From the NCBI GenBank assembly GCA_003554395.1, contig PWGD01000148.1, forward strand, positions 70,036 through 134,035: DNA of 64,000 bases, in the 5' to 3' direction. The notes under the pieces are model-generated. The model was given only the letters and a program-made list of their open reading frames with translations, searched no databases and was not told the origin of the DNA. This stretch comes from Syntrophomonadaceae bacterium (GTDB taxonomy: Bacteria; Bacillota; Dethiobacteria; DTU022). Of the stretch, positions 32,080-42,900 are shown piece by piece; position 1 is the stretch's first letter; each line of letters begins with the position of its first letter. The translations under genes and the position numbers were made by a program.

Positions 32080-32155
32080 CTATGCACCCCCCAAACCTAA
32101 AGATTCGACAAACCGATCTATAAACCTTCAACATCCTTCATATTTTGCCGGGTCA

Positions 32156-32193
32156 ATATAAAAAAAGAACACTTTGCAGTGTTCTTCTTTTTG
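32156..32193 (-). terminator. Rho-independent terminator downstream of tsf
   Basis: AAGAACACT-ttgc-AGTGTTCTT (9-bp stem). On the minus strand it is followed by UUUUUUUAUAU. It also has a T-run on the plus side, so it is bidirectional. Confidence 0.6.
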
Positions 32194-32196
32194 CGA

Positions 32197-32829
32197 TTAA
32201 GCTCCGCAACTGCTTGAGCTCTCCGAATCGAGCCCCTCGCCAACCTCAAAGCGGCTGTAACGCCTGAGAATTATATTTTCGCCAATCTTGGCTATTAAAT
32301 CTGTTAAAAGCTGGCTGATGTTAATTTCCTCATCCTTGACAAAAGCCTGTTCCATGAGGCAGTTTTCCTTGTAAAACTTTTCAATCCGGCCCGCGATAAT
32401 TTTGTCAATAACCTTCTCAGGTTTCCCTTCATTCAAAGCCTGGACCCTGATAATCTGCCGTTCGTTCTCCAGCACTTCTTCCGGAACATCTTCCTTTCTC
32501 AGGTAAGCCGGGTTGGTTGCTGCCACCTGAAGGCAGATATTGCGGACAAATTCACGAAATTGATCGTTACGGGCCACAAAATCGGTTTCGCAGTTTACTT
32601 CAACCAGGACCCCTATTTTGCCGCCTAGATGAATATATGAATCAACTATTCCCTGGTTGGCGGTTTTGCCTGCTCGCTTGGCGGCCTGGGCTAAACCTTT
32701 TTCCCTCAGGGCATTAATTGCCTTTTCTTCGTTACCGCCGGATTCCTGCAGGGCTTTTTTACAGTCCATCATTCCGGCGCCGGTTTTATCACGCAAAGTT
32801 TTAACTACCTGGGCATCAATATGCATCAA
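32197..32829 (-). CDS. tsf: Elongation factor Ts (short form)
   Basis: ~210 aa. N-terminal UBA-like [19 protein letters not shown]; dimerization domain. Confidence 0.92.
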   Translation of the reverse strand: MMHIDAQVVKTLRDKTGAGMMDCKKALQESGGNEEKAINALREKGLAQAAKRAGKTANQGIVDSYIHLGGKIGVLVEVNCETDFVARNDQFREFVRNICLQVAATNPAYLRKEDVPEEVLENERQIIRVQALNEGKPEKVIDKIIAGRIEKFYKENCLMEQAFVKDEEINISQLLTDLIAKIGENIILRRYSRFEVGEGLDSESSSSCGA

Positions 32830-32889
32830 TCTACACTCCTCTATTGAAACTTGCTTAAGTTTAATTGATATGGTTGGGACGGTGTATCA

Positions 32890-33813
32890 CTATTTTGCTT
32901 CGTCTTCTCCGGAATCTTTTGATTCATAGCTTTCTGCCGATTTTTCTTTCGGCCCGGGTTCTTCTACTACCTGGGCTACGGGGATAGCAGAAATATCTTT
33001 ACCTTCCACCGAAATATCGTCCGCTTCACTACCGCTTTCCGGGCCCGCAACTTCTGCAACTTCATCGACGGTTTCCTTAACGGAAGTTTCTGCCTGTTCG
33101 GCAGCCTCCTCTTCCGCTTCCGGCTGTTCACTGATCTGGTTTCCTTCCAGAACGGCGTCGGCAATTAAAGAGGTAATCAGTTTAACCGCCCTGATGGCGT
33201 CATCATTGCCCGGTATAAGGTAATCGATTTCGTCCGGATCACAGTTTGTATCGACAATGGCTATAACCGGTATGTCCAGTTTCCTGGCTTCAGCCACGGC
33301 AATTTTTTCTTTGCGGGGATCGGCAACATAAATTGCATCGGGGAGTTTTTTCATGTTGCGGATACCGCTTAAGAATTTATGCAGCCTCTCCTTTTCGTTC
33401 TGCAGGGTCAGAACTTCCTTTTTGGTCAGGCGTTCAAAAGTGCCGTCTGTTTCCATTTCTTCCAGCCTGAGCATACGATCAATCCGTTTGCGGATGGTAT
33501 TGAAATTTGTCAGCATTCCGCCCAACCAGCGGTGGTTTACATAATGAGCGCCGCACCTTTCCGCTTCAAAGCGGATCGATTCCTGGGCTTGTTTTTTGGT
33601 GCCGACAAAAATAATACTTCCTCCATCGGCAACCATATCGCGCACAAAATTATAGGCCGTATCCATTAGTTTAACTGTTTTTTGGAGATCAATAATGTAG
33701 ATTCCATTACGCTCGGTAAAGATGTAATTCTTCATCTTCGGATTCCAGCGGCGGGTTTGATGTCCAAAATGAACCCCCGCTTCCAACAACTGCTTCATGC
33801 TTACTCTTGCCAA
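32890..33813 (-). CDS. rpsB: 30S ribosomal protein S2 with ~65-aa acidic C-terminal extension
   Basis: TTG start with GGAGG RBS. Conserved core [23 protein letters not shown]. Long E/A/S-rich tail. Confidence 0.95.
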   Translation of the reverse strand: MARVSMKQLLEAGVHFGHQTRRWNPKMKNYIFTERNGIYIIDLQKTVKLMDTAYNFVRDMVADGGSIIFVGTKKQAQESIRFEAERCGAHYVNHRWLGGMLTNFNTIRKRIDRMLRLEEMETDGTFERLTKKEVLTLQNEKERLHKFLSGIRNMKKLPDAIYVADPRKEKIAVAEARKLDIPVIAIVDTNCDPDEIDYLIPGNDDAIRAVKLITSLIADAVLEGNQISEQPEAEEEAAEQAETSVKETVDEVAEVAGPESGSEADDISVEGKDISAIPVAQVVEEPGPKEKSAESYESKDSGEDEAK

Positions 33814-33924
33814 AGTAAAATCCTCCTTTTGTTTTTACCGCCGCCCGCGTCATAAGCTTCATCCAAGCTCAAAGCCAACCGGATTCGGCCTCGGTGGACG
33901 TGAGTATTTAAAATTACCACGGGT

Positions 33925-33953
33925 AGTATAGCACAGTTCCATTGCCAAAGCAA
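33925..33953 (-). promoter_or_regulatory. Sigma-A promoter of the rpsB-tsf-pyrH-frr operon (TTGCTT-N17-TGcTATACT)
   Basis: Minus strand TTGCTT (33953-33948), a 17-nt spacer, then an extended -10 TGcTATACT (ending 33925). About 100 nt upstream of the rpsB TTG start. Confidence 0.5.
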
Positions 33954-34207
33954 TGTAAAATTGGGGATAAGCATTATACCCCCGAGGTGATCAGTTCTTT
34001 TACCCTGCCTGCCAGGTTCAAAAACTCGAACTCCCTTCCGGTTCTTATTTTATATGAAGAGGATCATTTAAGCAAAACACCATGGTAGGCCGGAAATAAC
34101 CGGCACCGCGCTCCCGGCGGCCGGAGATAAATTGTTCCGCCCGGTAATGGTTCCAGTAATTACGGCTCTGCCCCTATTTCCGGGCAATCTGCCTGGGAAA
34201 GCCGTGC

Positions 34208-34236
34208 TTGCAATGAAACCACAGCTGTTATAGAAT
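34208..34236 (+). promoter_or_regulatory. Sigma-A promoter of the DUF1015 gene (TTGCAA-N17-TAGAAT)
   Basis: TTGCAA 34208-34213 and TAGAAT 34231-34236. About 50 nt upstream of the GTG start at 34290, which has a GGAGG RBS. Confidence 0.4.
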
Positions 34237-34289
34237 CATTATTACGCCACCAAAAAACAAAATATTTAAATTACAGCGGAGGTTTTAAT

Positions 34290-35597
34290 GTGGCCGTCAT
34301 CAAACCATTTAAGGGCATAAGCTATAACCAGGCCGAAATAAAAGACCTCGGCTCGATCATAACTCCGCCTTATGATGTAATCAGTCCTGAAGAACAGCAG
34401 CAACTGCACACCAAAAATCCTTATAACATCATCCGCCTTGAATACGGAAAAAGCAGTGCGGAAGATAATGCACTGGATAATCGCTATACCAGGGCGGCGG
34501 AAACTTTCCAGCAGTGGCTAAATAAAAAAATACTCCGGCCGGACAGGGCCAGGAATTATTATTTCCACGAGCAAACATTTCAGCGGCAGGGCCAGACCAT
34601 GACTCGTACCGGGATTATGGCCGCCCTTAAACTAGAACCTTACTCCTCCGGTCTAGTTCTTCCTCACGAACTGACCATGGCCGGGCCTAAAGAAGACCGT
34701 TTCAAACTGCTTGAGCATAGCGGGGCCAATTTCAGCCCCATCTTCATTCTGTTCCCGGATCCCGAACAGCAGGTGAAAACGTACCGGAAGCAAATTTTAA
34801 ACCGCCGGCCGGCTTTTGAAGCCCGCGACAGTTCGGGACAGGCCCACCGGATCTGGCCCCTTGATGACCCAAATTTACAGGCCGGGCTGACCGCGTTTAT
34901 GGCCGCACGGCCCGTTCTTATTGCTGATGGTCACCATCGCTACGAAACGGCCCTCCGATACAGTCAAAAAACCAACCTGAACTGCTTACCCGGCGCAGGT
35001 TATATACTAGCGACGCTGGTTGGAAGCGGTGATCCGGGCCTGCTGCTGCTGCCGGCCCACCGCCTGGTTTACGGCTTGCAAAGAAAAGAGAGCGAGCTGA
35101 TTAACCGCAGGATAGAAAGAGAATTTAACTATCTGGACCGGGGCCGACCCGAAAACCTGGACCGGGAAGCTTTTATAAAAGAACTGGACCGCCTGGGCCC
35201 TGAAAGCGGAGGTTTTGGTTATATCACTGCTTTCAGGGCCGGCCTGCTGGTGCCCAAAAGAAAGCCCGGCAGGGTGGACCTGCCGGTAACGATTCTCCAC
35301 GATCGCCTTCTGAAGCCGCCCCTGGATCTAGAAAAACCAGGTTTTCGGCCCCCAAACGGCGATAATCCTGATCTGCTTGGTTTTACAGCCGACTTTTCGC
35401 AGGCTCTTGGGGCTGTCCTGGATAAGAAAGCGGAAGCTGCCTTTATAATCGGCTTTATGTCGGTCTCTAAAGTCCTGGAAAGGGCCCGTAATGGGAGGTT
35501 AATGCCCCGGAAATCTACTTATTTTTACCCCAAGCTGCCCGGAGGGTTAATCCTTTATCACATGAAAACCGGAGGAGTGGATCTGCCGCACCTCTAG
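34290..35597 (+). CDS. DUF1015 family protein (unknown function)
   Basis: 435 aa. The N-terminus AVIKPFKGISYNQ...ITPPYDVISPEE...NPYNIIRLE matches the conserved DUF1015/PF06245 start. GTG start. Confidence 0.8.
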   Translation: MAVIKPFKGISYNQAEIKDLGSIITPPYDVISPEEQQQLHTKNPYNIIRLEYGKSSAEDNALDNRYTRAAETFQQWLNKKILRPDRARNYYFHEQTFQRQGQTMTRTGIMAALKLEPYSSGLVLPHELTMAGPKEDRFKLLEHSGANFSPIFILFPDPEQQVKTYRKQILNRRPAFEARDSSGQAHRIWPLDDPNLQAGLTAFMAARPVLIADGHHRYETALRYSQKTNLNCLPGAGYILATLVGSGDPGLLLLPAHRLVYGLQRKESELINRRIEREFNYLDRGRPENLDREAFIKELDRLGPESGGFGYITAFRAGLLVPKRKPGRVDLPVTILHDRLLKPPLDLEKPGFRPPNGDNPDLLGFTADFSQALGAVLDKKAEAAFIIGFMSVSKVLERARNGRLMPRKSTYFYPKLPGGLILYHMKTGGVDLPHL

Positions 35598-35679
35598 GCC
35601 GGCCGCCCTTAATCCCCCGGAACCATGCCGGGGCCTGATCAAAATCAGCCGGAGTTAAAATCCCTATAAAGAAAATTTG

Positions 35680-36741
35680 TTACAAATCCCAGTAAACCTT
35701 CTGGGTTTCGATTACCTGATCAAGCCGCCTCAATATATGCCCGGCCGGTTCTCTGTCACTTTCTCCTCTTTCCAGCGGCAGGCCCCACTGCCCCAGGGCA
35801 TTTAAAATTTGGATAATAACTGCAGCCTGACCCTGCAGATGATATCCGCCTTCCAGGCAGAGCAGTATTCTGCCTTTTGACCACCGTCCTGCCGCTTGGG
35901 CCAGCTGTTCGGCCATGTAATAATAGCCTTCTTCGCTCAGGGACATGCCTGCCAGCGGATCGCGGTGATAAGCATCCTGGCCGGCGGATATGAGCAGCAG
36001 TTCCGGCTTTTACTGGTCCAGGATGGGAATGATAATGCTTTCAAAGGCCACTTTGTATTCCCTGTTCCCGGTTCCCGCCGGAAGGGGTATGTTGATATTA
36101 AAACCTTCTCCCCGGCCCCGGCCGGTTTCTTCTACCCGCCCCGTTCCCGGATAGGCCGGGCTCTGATGGGTGGATATAAAGAGCACTTCAGAATCATCTT
36201 CAAAGCTATGCTGGGTCCCGTTGCCGTGATGGACATCCCAGTCAACAATGGCCACCCTTTTCAGACCATAATCGCGCTTGGCTGCCGCGGCGGCAACGGC
36301 GATATTATTAAACAAACAAAAACCCATGGCCCGGTTTCTTTCGGCATGATGCCCGGGAGGACGGTTGAAAGCAAAAACTTTATTTGTGTTAGTCCCGCTA
36401 GCTTCCATCACAGCCCTCAAACCGCTGAGGGCTCCGCCGGCCGACAATAAGGCTACCCGGTATGACTCGGGAACAATATAGGTGTCCATATCCAGAAACC
36501 GCCGGCCCATGCGGCAGGCCTCTTCAATGGACTGGATATAGTCGCGATCATGGATCAGGGCAATATCTTCAACTTCCGCCGGTTCAGGGGCTATTCTTTT
36601 AACCCTGTCCAGAAGCCTCTTTTCTTCAAGGGCTGCCATGATATGTTCCAGCCTTTCCTTGCGTTCCGGATGCCGGTCCTGGGAATGAAGTAAATAGTCG
36701 GGATGGTAAATTAATCCTACTTTTTCTTCTTTAACAGTCAC
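35680..36741 (-). pseudogene. Histone deacetylase-family (AcuC/acetoin-utilization-like) gene interrupted by an in-frame TAA
   Basis: ORFs 36010-36741 and 35680-35946 lie in the same frame, separated only by a TAA (plus 36010-36012). Reading through gives ...IIPILDQ*KPELLLISAGQDAYHRDPLAGMSLSEEGYY... HDAC motifs are present (HHGNG, SAGxDAxxxDPL). Confidence 0.7.
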
Positions 36742-36757
36742 TATTAAACCCTCCGTT

Positions 36758-37198
36758 TTACTGTTGTTGCTTCTCCTCCAAGGCTTGACAGAGCCGGTTC
36801 CATAAAAAGGGGCTGAATTTTTTCAATACCACCGGCCGCCCGTTGTCTTTGACAAAGGCGTGTTCGGTATAACCGGTAGCCAATAGCTCCTTTTCCCGCT
36901 TTATTTCATAATTAAAAACTATCCGCACGTTGTGAAGGCTTTCCAGGCGGGTAATGATCGTAAGTTCGTCATCGTACCTGGCCGGCTGCTTATATTCACA
37001 GTAAGCCTTGAGGACCGGTAAAAAAATGTTGCTCTTTTCAAATTCGCGGTAGGGAAGCTCCAGGCCCCGCATCATCTCCGTCCGCCCCACCTCAAACCAG
37101 ATCAGGTAGTTGGCATAGTAGGCTACACCCATCTGATCTGTATCTTTGTATCGTACCCGGACGCTGGTTTCGTCTTTTTTCACGAACATATCCTCCAT
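36758..37198 (-). CDS. Acyl-CoA thioesterase, hotdog fold (YbgC/4HBT family)
   Basis: 146 aa. VRYKDTDQMGVAYYANYLIWFEVGR is typical of the 4HBT class. Confidence 0.8.
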   Translation of the reverse strand: MEDMFVKKDETSVRVRYKDTDQMGVAYYANYLIWFEVGRTEMMRGLELPYREFEKSNIFLPVLKAYCEYKQPARYDDELTIITRLESLHNVRIVFNYEIKREKELLATGYTEHAFVKDNGRPVVLKKFSPFLWNRLCQALEEKQQQ

Positions 37199-37212
37199 TC
37201 AGGGCCCGGCGA

Positions 37213-38961
37213 TTACAGAACGTGAGCTTCGCCGCGGTAAATTAAGCCCCTGATAGCATCCACTGTAATAACCTCGCCGCTCTTTATGATTTCGACAGCT
37301 TTTTCGACCCCGACTACGGCCGGTTTGCCGTAGTTGATCGCCACAATGGCCCCATGCGAAGTTAACCCGCCTTCTTCCGTAACCAGGGCAGCTGCTTTTT
37401 CGAGAGCCGGAAGATAACTGCTGTTAGTGGTCCTGGTTACCAGGATCTCTCCTTCTTTGAAAGCGTCAAGTTCTTTTGCGGTGGCCGCCACATAAGCCCT
37501 GCCGCTGGCCGCCTTTTTCCCTACACCGGTTCCCTTCACAATAATTTCCCCCACAGTTTCTACTCTGAGCAAGTTGGTTGTTCCCGATACCCCCACCGGA
37601 ACCCCGGCCGTGATTACAACCAAATTGCCGTTTTTAATCAGCCCTTCTTCCAGGGAGGTGCTTATAGCGTTATTGAACATGTCGTCGGTCGAGTTGACGG
37701 GCGGGCAGATGACCGAATATACTCCGCGGGTCAAGGTAAGTTGTGAAGCAACCCGCTTCCGGGATGAAACAGCCACAATCCTGGCCCATGGCCTGTACTT
37801 GGAAACCATGCGGGCGGTATGGCCGGATTGAGTGGAAGTAATAATAGCATCGGCGTTCAGTTCATGAGCGATATTGCAGGTGGAATAACTGATGGCATCG
37901 GTAACTGTTTTCTTAACGGTAACACTCAACCCTTCCAGTATTTTTTTGTAATCCAATCCTTGCTCGGTATGACTGGCAATGCGATCCATAGTTTCCACCG
38001 CTTCCACGGGAAAGCGGCCCACTGCCGTTTCTCCGGAAAGCATCACCGCATCGGTGCCGTCTATGATGGCATTGGCGACATCACTTGCCTCGGCCCTGGT
38101 CGGTTGGGGATTGCGGATCATGCTGTCCAGCATCTGGGTTGCCGTTATGACCGGTTTACCGAGGCGGTTGCATTTCCGGATAAACTCTTTCTGCAAAAGA
38201 GGGACTCTTTCCGGCGGGATCTCCACCCCCAGGTCCCCCCTGGCCACCATGATCCCGTCAGCCACCTCGAGGATTGAGTCAAAGTTTTCCACTCCTTCTT
38301 CGCTTTCAATTTTAGCTAAAATCATGATCTGGCCGCCCAGCTTTTCGATAAGCCTCCTGATCTCTAAGATATCTTCAGCGCTGCGGGTAAACGAAGCCGC
38401 CAAAAAATCAATGTCGTTTTCGATGGCCAGTTTAATATCAGCGCGGTCATCTTTGTTTAAGGCCGGCAGGTTTATCCTGGTTCCCGGAGTGTTCAAACCC
38501 TTGTAACTGCGCAGTTCCCCGCCGTGAATGACCCGGCACTTGATGTCCCGGCCGGTAACTTCCAGCACATCCAACATAATTAACCCGTCATCGATTAATA
38601 CTTTACTGCCTGCTTTCAGATCACGATGCAGTTCCGGATAGGTTACCGAAGCTTTACGGCTGTCACCCGGCACCATTTCTGTAGTAAGGGTAAAATCCTG
38701 GCCGTCTTCGAGATGGACCGAATCCTCTTTCAGATCGCCGGTTCGCACTTCCGGGCCCCGGGTATCAACAAGATAACCGATCGTTTTTCTTTTTTTGTCT
38801 CCCTCTTGCCGGATCAGCATCAGGCGGCGGTAATGCTCTTCACTGCTGCCGTGCGACAAATTAAGCCTGGCCACATCCATACCGGCAGCGATAATCTTTT
38901 CGATTTGCTCTGCCGTATCAATGCTCGGCCCAATCGTACAAACGATTTTTGTCCGCCTCAT
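37213..38961 (-). CDS. pyk: Pyruvate kinase with C-terminal PEP-utilizer (PEP-synthase-like) domain
   Basis: 582 aa. PK barrel and A/C domains plus a ~100-aa C-terminal phosphohistidine-like domain, as in the Bacillus/Geobacillus enzyme. Confidence 0.97.
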   Translation of the reverse strand: MRRTKIVCTIGPSIDTAEQIEKIIAAGMDVARLNLSHGSSEEHYRRLMLIRQEGDKKRKTIGYLVDTRGPEVRTGDLKEDSVHLEDGQDFTLTTEMVPGDSRKASVTYPELHRDLKAGSKVLIDDGLIMLDVLEVTGRDIKCRVIHGGELRSYKGLNTPGTRINLPALNKDDRADIKLAIENDIDFLAASFTRSAEDILEIRRLIEKLGGQIMILAKIESEEGVENFDSILEVADGIMVARGDLGVEIPPERVPLLQKEFIRKCNRLGKPVITATQMLDSMIRNPQPTRAEASDVANAIIDGTDAVMLSGETAVGRFPVEAVETMDRIASHTEQGLDYKKILEGLSVTVKKTVTDAISYSTCNIAHELNADAIITSTQSGHTARMVSKYRPWARIVAVSSRKRVASQLTLTRGVYSVICPPVNSTDDMFNNAISTSLEEGLIKNGNLVVITAGVPVGVSGTTNLLRVETVGEIIVKGTGVGKKAASGRAYVAATAKELDAFKEGEILVTRTTNSSYLPALEKAAALVTEEGGLTSHGAIVAINYGKPAVVGVEKAVEIIKSGEVITVDAIRGLIYRGEAHVL

Positions 38962-38986
38962 CTAACTATCCTCCCCCTTAAATCTT

Positions 38987-39949
38987 TTACCTGGCCAGTT
39001 CCAGGGTCAATTCATATAGTTTTTCAGGAAAGGGCCTTTTTTTGCCAAGTGATGTCTCAAGAGGCTCCGCCACTATCTGATCTCCTTTTAAAGCTGTAAA
39101 AAGCCCGCTTTTGCCTGCCCAGAGCAAATCTACTGCCGCGGCGCCCATTCGGCTGCCCAGAAGCCGATCTACAGCGCTGGGACTGCCCCCGCGCTGAATA
39201 TGACCCAGGACGGTAACCCTGGTTTCTGCCTTTATCCTGTCCCGAATCTTTTTATTAATTTCAAAAACGTTGGCTGCCCCTTCCGCCACGACTATGATGC
39301 TGTGTGTTTTCTGGCGTTCAATCCCTTGCAACAACCGGCGGCAAATATGTTCCAGGTCCCACTTTATTTCGGGAACCAGGACCGATTCGGCACCACCGGC
39401 CAGCCCGGCTGCCAGGGCCAGGTGGCCGGTGTGACGGCCCATTACTTCCAGGATAAAAATACGTTCGTGGGAAGTAGCTGTGTCTCGCAAACGGTTGACG
39501 GCGTCGAGAATTGTATTAACCGCTGTATCAAATCCAAGCGCGGATTCTGTCCCGTTTATATCGTTATCGATAGTGCCGGGGATACATACGGTCTTTATGC
39601 CCCTCTGTTCCAGGGCCAGAGCTCCCCGGAACGAACCTTCGCCCCCGATAACCACCAGTCCTTCAACACCTTCAGAGGCAAGCCGTTCGGCGGCCCGGGC
39701 CTGGCCTTCCGGTTCGTACATCTCTTCGGCCCTGGACGTCAGGATTACCGTTCCGCCCCGGTGAATAATCCCTGCCACCGAGCCCAGGTGGAAATCTATA
39801 AAATCATCGTCGCTGAACAGACCGGCATAACCCCGCCGGATGCCAACTATTTTACAGTGCTTACTCAACCCTTTTCTAACCACCGCCCGCACCGCGGCAT
39901 TCATGCCGGGTGCATCTCCCCCGCTGGTTAAAACCGCAACCTTTCTCAA
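38987..39949 (-). CDS. pfkA: ATP-dependent 6-phosphofructokinase
   Basis: 320 aa. GGDGS..., PGTIDND motifs. pfkA-pyk operon arrangement. Confidence 0.97.
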   Translation of the reverse strand: MRKVAVLTSGGDAPGMNAAVRAVVRKGLSKHCKIVGIRRGYAGLFSDDDFIDFHLGSVAGIIHRGGTVILTSRAEEMYEPEGQARAAERLASEGVEGLVVIGGEGSFRGALALEQRGIKTVCIPGTIDNDINGTESALGFDTAVNTILDAVNRLRDTATSHERIFILEVMGRHTGHLALAAGLAGGAESVLVPEIKWDLEHICRRLLQGIERQKTHSIIVVAEGAANVFEINKKIRDRIKAETRVTVLGHIQRGGSPSAVDRLLGSRMGAAAVDLLWAGKSGLFTALKGDQIVAEPLETSLGKKRPFPEKLYELTLELAR

Positions 39950-42900
39950 CTGTGCTGTTCCTCCTTCACCCTGGATTCAGGAGTATAATTCTGATACTGT
40001 TCACTGACCGCTCCCAGGCCGAGCAGGTCTTCCAGCTGTTTACGGGACTGGAAATGATCGCGGACCCAGTAGTTTTTATCCAGCATCAGCATTTTCTTGT
40101 CCTTTTTAAAGAAGAGGCATACCGGGACCTCGCCATTTTCTGCAAGCAAAGTGTTTTTTAAAGCCCCAAGGATTTCCCGGTCATGCCTTTCATCGATCAT
40201 TAAGCGTAAATACTTTTTCTGCTGGCTCAGGGGAGTCAGTTTTTCGGCGAGAATTTTGACATCTTCTTCTTCTTTTAAATCTGTCTTGCCTTCAATTACA
40301 ACCAGGCTGTCTTCCCGGAGCAGGCCGCCCTGTTTTTCAAAAAGTTCCGGGAATACCACCAGTTCAACATGGCCGGTCAAATCTTCCAGCTTGACAAAGG
40401 CCATCTGCTTGTTTTTCTTGGTATAAAAACTTCGGACGGCAATAATAATGCCTCCCACCTTGACATGATGGTTATCCCCGACCTCGGCCAGCTCCACGCA
40501 GCGGGTGAGCTTGTCCATCTGGTCCAGGATCGGCCGGTAGGGCTCCAGGGGGTGGCCGGATATATACAATCCCAACATTTCTTTCTCCAGGGACAACCGT
40601 TCCTTGTCTGAAAAAGGCTCAAGATCAGGCAGATTGTCGTTAAGCAGCTCTTCCTGCACGCTTGCATCCATTAGGGAAAACATCGATATCTGGCCGTTTT
40701 CCCTCTCGCGCTGCACTGACTGGCCCTGGGCCAAAACATCATCCAGGGCGGCCAGGTACTGGGCCCGGTGGCCGCCTATTGAGTCAAAAGCGCCGCACTT
40801 AACCAAGCTTTCCAGGGCCTTTCTGTTGCATAATCTCAGGTCGACCCTGGAGGCGAAATCGCGCATAGACCCAAAGGGTTTTTCCCGCCTGGCCCTGACG
40901 ATTGAATCGATGGCTCCCAGGCCCACATTTTTAACGGCCGCCAGGCCGAAGCGGATCCGGTTGTCGCCGACGACGGTAAAATGAGTTTCGCTTTCATTGA
41001 TATCCGGGGGGAGAACTTCAATGTCCATTCGCCGGCAGTCGGCTATGTAGAGGGCCACCTTATCACTGTTGGAATAATAAACTGTCATCAGGGCCGCCAT
41101 GAATTCCACCGGATAATTAGCCTTCAAAAAAGCGGTCTGGTAGGCAATCAGGGCGTAAGCCGCGGCATGAGACTTATTGAAACCGTAGGAAGCAAATTTC
41201 AAAATCAGGTCGTACATTTTAATCCCCAATTCACGGGTATAACCCTTCTCCATGCAGCCCTCGATAAATTTTTCCTGCTGCTCATCCAGAATTTGTTTTT
41301 TCTTTTTCCCTATCGCCCGCCGCAGCAGATCAGCCTGGCCCAGGGAAAAACCTGCTATGCGGGCCGCAATTTCCATGATTTGTTCCTGGTAGACGATGAC
41401 CCCGTAGGTTTCCTTCAGTATAGGCTCCAGGTCCGGGTGGGCGTACTTGATTTTTTCCCTGCCGTGTTTACTGTTGACAAAAGTAGGGATCTGTTCCATT
41501 GGTCCCGGCCGGTAAAGGGCTACGACAGCGATAATATCTTCAAATTTGTTCGGTATCAGTTCCCGCAGCACCGACCGCATGCCGGTGCTTTCCAGCTGAA
41601 ATACGCCCGTTGTTTCGCCATGGGATAGCATTTCATAGGTGGCGGAATCATCAATGGGTATGGCTTCGATTTCGATCCTTTTGTTATGCCTCTTTTCAAT
41701 GTTTTCGAGGGCCTCTCCTATAATGGTCAGGGTTTTTAAGCCCAGAAAATCCATCTTCAGCAGGCCCATCTCTTCCAGGATTCCCATGGGAAACTGGGTT
41801 ACCACGGCGCTGTCGGCCATTTTATGAAGAGGCACATAATTGACCAGCGGTTCCTTGGCGATGACCACTCCGGCAGCGTGGGTCGAAGCATGCCTGGGCA
41901 TGCCTTCAACGGCCATCGATATGTCCAGTAGGCGGCGGTAAAGCTCTTCTTCCCGGTACAATACCTGCAGGTCCCGGTTCTGATCCAGGGCTCTGGAAAT
42001 GGTCATTTTAACCTCCATCGGGATCATCTTGGCAATTTTATCCACCTCGGCATAAGGAATAGCCAGGGCCCTGCCTACATCGCGCACAGCCGCCCGCGCC
42101 GCCATGGTTCCGAAGGTAATAATCTGGGCGACCCTCTCCTGGCCATACTTTTCAAAGACATAATTCAAGATCCGGTCGCGCTTGTCATCGCAAAAATCGA
42201 TATCAATATCGGGCATGGAAATCCGTTCCGGGTTTAGAAAGCGTTCAAAAAGCAGTCCGTGCTGAAGAGGTTCTATATTGGTAATACCGAGGCAGTATGC
42301 CACCAGGCTGCCGGCTGCCGAACCCCGGCCCGGTCCGACAATAACTTTCTCTTTCTTGGCATAATCAACAAAATCCCAGACGATAAGGAAATAATCGGCG
42401 TAACCCATCTGACGGATAACTTTAAGCTCATATTGAAGCCTTTCTTCGATCTCAGGAGTTATTTCCCGGTAACGGGACTCCAGACCCTGGTAGCAAATCT
42501 TTTCCAGGTAACTGTCGGCATCGCTTCCATCGGGCACGCTGTATTCAGGAAGGTGCCGCTGCGTAAAATCTTTTTCCACGTTACAGCGCTCGGCGATACG
42601 GACCGTATTGCTGATTGCTTCCGGGACATCAGCGAAGAGTTCGGCCATTTCCCCGGGCGTTTTAAAGTAAAACTCTTCAGTTTCAAAGCTCATCCTTTCA
42701 GTTTCATCGACCGTTTTCCCGGTTTGGATACAGATTAAAACATCATGCATACCGGCATCCTGGCGGGACAAATAATGTACATCATTGGAAGCGGCAAGGG
42801 GAATGTTTTCCAGCCGGGATATTTCTTTTAGCGCTTCGTTTACTTTTTTTTGCTCGGGGATGTTGTGGTCGTGAAGTTCTAGAAAAAAGCTGTCTTCTCC

